DNA from: Camelus dromedarius
Taxonomy: Eukaryota
Length of the DNA: 64,000 nt
Assembly: GCF_036321535.1 (NCBI RefSeq)
Contig: NC_087439.1
Span: 10,602,001 to 10,666,000, forward strand
Direction of reading: 5' to 3'
The notes under the pieces were generated by a model, which worked only from the letters and a program-made list of their open reading frames with translations, searched no databases and had not been told where the DNA came from. The translations under genes were made by a program, and so were the position numbers. This document shows positions 60,246-64,000 of the stretch, piece by piece (position 1 is the first letter of the stretch; each line of letters opens with the position of its first letter).

Positions 60246-61269
60246 AAGAAGGAAGGGAAGGAGGAAGGGAGAAAAGGGGGGAAAAAAAGAGAAGACAAGA
60301 GACAAGAAGGAAAAAAAAAACAGGAGGGAAGTTCTCGCCAATCGTAATCTCCGGTTGAAGAGATCACAGGTAATTCATTGCTCATCTTTTTTGTCTTCTC
60401 AGTTTGGGCCAAGTCTGGAGAGCCCGCACCTATGACTGTTCGTTTGGTCAAAGACGAAGGAGCCAGCGGTGCTGGCGGGCAGCCTGTGCTGGCCGATGCC
60501 GGGCAAGCCCTCCGAGACCCTGCGGGGATGGAGGGAGCCGGGCAGCCAAGTGCCCGTGAGGAAACCAGCAGGGCAGCGAGGGCCCACGCTGGCCCTGGAC
60601 GGCCCCCACCCCCGGGGGGAGAAAGGGATCAGGGGGCAAACCCCTGCAAAGAGCATCTGAGCAAGGCCCGGAGGTCCCCACTTCAAAGCTTCACACTAAT
60701 GCCTCCCGACAAGCGTGGCCGAGCCTCAGGGTGTCCCCTCGCCACTGACAGCGTCTGTTCCCAGGCAAAGTGGAGGACAGCAAGGTGGTGAGAGGCCAGG
60801 GACACGCTGCGCCCAAGCATCAGCCTGGTGGAGAAAATGTGATTTCACACCCAGGCCCACAGCCAAGCATTCATGCCCATCCAGGGCTGGCTGGTCACGG
60901 GGTCTCCCCCCAAACACCCTCTCCCCCTCCTCCTCCCACCATGGAGGCTCCTGGGCTCCAGCCTCAACCCACCTTAGGCCTGTCCGAGTCTCAAGGCATT
61001 TCTGTACCACGTAGAGAGGATCACGGATGCAAGGAGGATGGGTTTGTAGCCAGACAAAATCCTACTCTGTCACCTTTTCTGTCTTTGTGACATGAGGCTT
61101 TTAAGGTGACATTTAATCTGTGGTCCTCAGTCTCCTGCATCTGTGAAGTGGTGATCCCGTCTTCATTGCAGGGTTGTAATGAGCTTCATAAATAATGCCG
61201 GACCCACGACCTTGCATGAAGCAGGCTGTCCCCACCGCCCAGTGCCTGTCAGCGCCTCACACTCTACCA

Positions 61270-61695
61270 CCAAGCAGAGCAGCTGAGAATGGCAGCCGGT
61301 TTATTTGCTCATGATTCTTGTAGGTCAGGAACTTTGCAGCACTTGGTAAGAAGTTCTTCTGCCCAAGCAGCTCCGGTGGTGGCCTGCTCGCCTGCTTCAG
61401 CCGGTCTTTAACTGAGATGAGGGTCAGAGTGGCGCCACCTACACAGAGGCCATCAGTGACGTCCGCCTGCAGGGAACCCAGCTCCAGCTGTCAGCAGGGG
61501 CATCCGCTCTCTTACGTGTGGGATGCTCCATGTGGCTGCTGGGGTCCCAAGAGGAAGCTTCCAGGACGCAAAAGAAGTTGTGATGTCACTTCCAGTCCAT
61601 TCTGTTGGTCAAAGGTAACCCATATCAAGGGGGGGGAGGAATGACCCAACCTTTCAATGAGGAGAGGAGCAAAGACTTGGCCAACGTCTTTATTC
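61270..61695 (-). mobile_element. ERVL-MaLR LTR (MLT1K/J-like)
   Basis: ttatttgctcatgattcttgtaggtcagg...gtcacttccagtccattctgttggtcaaag. Confidence 0.65.
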
Positions 61696-61761
61696 TTGCC
61701 CCTTCTTGGCCAGAAGTGTACCTGAACTCCGTTATAACGTGGCTTATGATCCACACCGATT

Positions 61762-63090
61762 TGTTCATGCAGTCATTCAACAACTAGTATTTATTGAGCA
61801 CTTACTACATGCCAGGAATACAATCGATGAGCAAGAAAACACAGTTGCTGCCCCATAGGAGAGTAGATCCTTCATGGAAAGACAGGGATTGAAACCACCA
61901 ATCATAGTACAATGTGATACGAACTATACGGGAGGCCTCAGAGGACAGGAGAGGAAAGGCTGCCTTAAGCAGGCCACCTGAGGAGGTGAAGGAGCTGGCC
62001 AGGCCCAGAGGGACCGGATGCTGTGTTTTGTATAGGTTTCATTATGATTTAGGTATGGTAAGGCCAACACACTGAAAATAACTGGTTATGCTCAGAGATC
62101 CCAAGGAAGGGAGCACATCATGGTCCAGGAGCGCTGGGGTCGGTCAGGAGGCAGAGGGAACAAGGGAAAATGTGAACGAGAACATTTCCACAGGACAGAA
62201 TGGGTGAGGCAGGGTCTGCAGGCTTAGGATTGGCAAGTATGAACGATTAAGTGGGCTCTGGGGCACAGGGGCTGTCCCTGGTTGCCTGGCACCTGACCCT
62301 GGGGTGATCAGGGCAGGGGGATATGACACGGAGTGTGAGACCCCATGGAGGAAGTGGTGGGCTGTAGACTCTGAACTGGTTGGCTTGTATTTGAAAAACA
62401 CACTCGATTTTGCTTACTATCCCTAGAAATTACCCTGAGAAGGGCAGTCGCTCCAAAGTCAGCAAGACTCCAGATATCAAAGCATCAGAATACAAGAGAT
62501 AAGTGACACGGTTAATACAGGTGCTTCTGGGCCAGGAGACGGAACAGAAAGAGGACCAGTGTAGCCAGAGGATGGTTGTTAAGATGCCTGCACGACCAAG
62601 CGGGGGCCTTCGGAGCTAAGAGCAAAGGGTGCCCACTGAAGGGATCTGGACAATGCAGGCTACACAATTAGATTTTAATTTTATAAAGCCTGCTCTGGTG
62701 GGGAGGGGGAGACTGGATGAGACTGGTGAACTGGGCCAAAAGAAGTTGCAGCAATTGACGTGCGTGTGAGAGAGGCCGGATGGTGAGGATGGGGAGTGGA
62801 CTGTGGGCCTGGGGTTTCTCGGGAGCCACATTGCCAGCAGCAGGGAGAGGCTGGTGTGGGAGGACGGATGGGGTGAGGAGGATGGTGGAGATGCAACGAC
62901 GATGCGGGGTTTCTGGCTTGAAAGTGAGGATGGATGTGATGTCTTCATCTAGATGGGTGAGCAGCACTTGAAGTATGGGCAAGAGAGAGAGAAGTGGGGC
63001 CGCAAGTGGAGGTACCCTGCTGGAATTGCACGTGTCCATCTGGAGTCCAGAGAAGAGATCTGGGCCGGAGACATCAAGGTGTGGCCGTGG
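61762..63090 (-). mobile_element. L2 LINE (3' end and upstream body) split by a MER21C-like LTR
   Basis: cattcaacaactagtatttattgagcacttactacatgccagg terminus; upstream frame DVSGPDLFSGLQM resembles L2. Confidence 0.7.
62022..62519 (-). mobile_element. ERVL LTR, MER21C-like
   Basis: ggtcggtcaggaggcagaggg, ggcttaggattggc, gatatcaaagcatcagaatac...ggttaataca. Confidence 0.85.
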
Positions 63091-63109
63091 CACAGTCAGC
63101 CCAGCCAGG

Positions 63110-63720
63110 TTATACCTGGTAGCAAACACTTCTAAGATGCTTGTAACAACAAAGGTTTCTCTCTCACTCACGCTGTCATCCATTGCTGGTCCAGTGGGCT
63201 CCTGGGTGGGCATCTCAGAAGGACCCTGCTCTCCTTCCTCAGTGATTAGTGGCCAAAAAGATACAGACTCAGGTCAGGGCTCCCCCATCTCCATCCCAGG
63301 CGCCCCAAGGCCTGGTGCTTGTGGAATCTGGTGCGGGTACCACAGGGGCAGGTTCTCTGAAACTGATGTCTGACCCCAGCCACGTGAAATTGGCTGGAAG
63401 GCTGTGGGCCCCCCAGGCTGGAGGGAAGGCGAGGGGTCCGGCAGACCAGGGTTCAGCCTCCATGGGTGTCCAAGAGCAGGTCCGGCTGGCAGCTAGACTT
63501 TGGAGTCAGTGAATCCCTACCATTTGGGGTCTTTCTCTTTACTCTGCCCCAAATGTGCATTCCAAGAGGGGCTGTCCAGAAGGCCAGACAGAGTCACGTG
63601 GCCACCCTGAGGTGGTGATCACAGAAGGGTGGGAGGGTAGGTATTTCCCAAAGATAACTGGGGACATTGCAGTCAGAACAGGGACTCTGAGACGCCAAAA
63701 CACCACAAACGTTTACTACC
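63110..63720 (-). mobile_element. Degenerate ERVL-MaLR LTR (MLT1J/L-like)
   Basis: gtaacaacaaaggtttctctctcactcac start, caaaacaccacaaacgtttactac end. Confidence 0.45.
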
Positions 63721-63822
63721 GCTCTCCACCAGGCTGTTTGGGGTTTTTTGTCTGCTTGTTTTTACTTTTTAATTGAGATTTATCAACATCCCTTAAAGTA
63801 CATACACTGAAGTGCACAATAT

Positions 63823-63980
63823 ATTTTTAAAAATTTCTTTGTTTAGGGGAGAGGTAATTAGGTTTATTTATTTATTTATATTATTATTTTTACATTTTTT
63901 TAATGGGGGTCCTGGGGATTGAACCCAGGACCTAGTGCATGCTAAGCATGCTCTCCACCACTGAGCTATCCCCTCCACCC
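63823..63980 (-). mobile_element. Vic-1 SINE, next to an old L1 3' end
   Basis: GGTAATTAGG module; ggggattgaacccaggacctagtgcatgctaagcatg...ccactgagctatcccctcc. Confidence 0.9.
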
Positions 63981-64000
63981 GTCTTCTTTTTTTTTTCATT

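Noticed and set aside
195-63776. ORF-track entries as intronless genes
   Set aside because: They overlap on both strands, show no recognisable domains and are expected in stop-poor GC-rich DNA. Several run through N gaps or microsatellites (HTHT, CVCV, FFFF).
3540-63980. tRNA-Ala(AGC) genes
   Set aside because: The heads closely resemble tRNA-Ala with a TTAGCAT anticodon loop, but each has A-rich tails, often TSDs, and scattered stem mutations. They are Vic-1 SINEs.
1-64000. CRISPR arrays, operons, prophage or an intact endogenous retrovirus
   Set aside because: The DNA is mammalian. There are no repeat-spacer arrays and no gag/pol/env sequence, only solo or partial LTRs.

Overview
This is mammalian genomic DNA, almost certainly camelid (camel, alpaca or llama). 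It carries 11 copies of the tRNA-Ala-derived Vic-1 SINE plus artiodactyl-type L1 3' ends, and I saw no ruminant/cetacean CHR, Bov-A/BovB or pig PRE-1 SINEs. The window is GC-rich and packed with old eutherian repeats (MIR, L2, L3/CR1, MaLR/ERVL LTRs, hAT and Tigger MITEs, L1M, HAL1). It has seven short N gaps, two of them inside CpG-island-like regions. I recognise no protein-coding gene, functional RNA gene or CRISPR-like system. The only ORFs with recognisable homology are decayed L1 ORF2 and L2 fragments. Non-repeat signals worth follow-up are: a chain of plus-strand splice sites at 0.1-8.5 kb (part of it joins into an unrecognised 181-aa frame), two promoter-like motif clusters (15.2 and 41.4 kb), two CpG islands with homeodomain-type motifs (42 and 52 kb), and strong CTCF motifs. 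I found no convincing evidence of a novel biological system. Repeat subfamily names come from remembered consensus sequences, and old-repeat boundaries are approximate.
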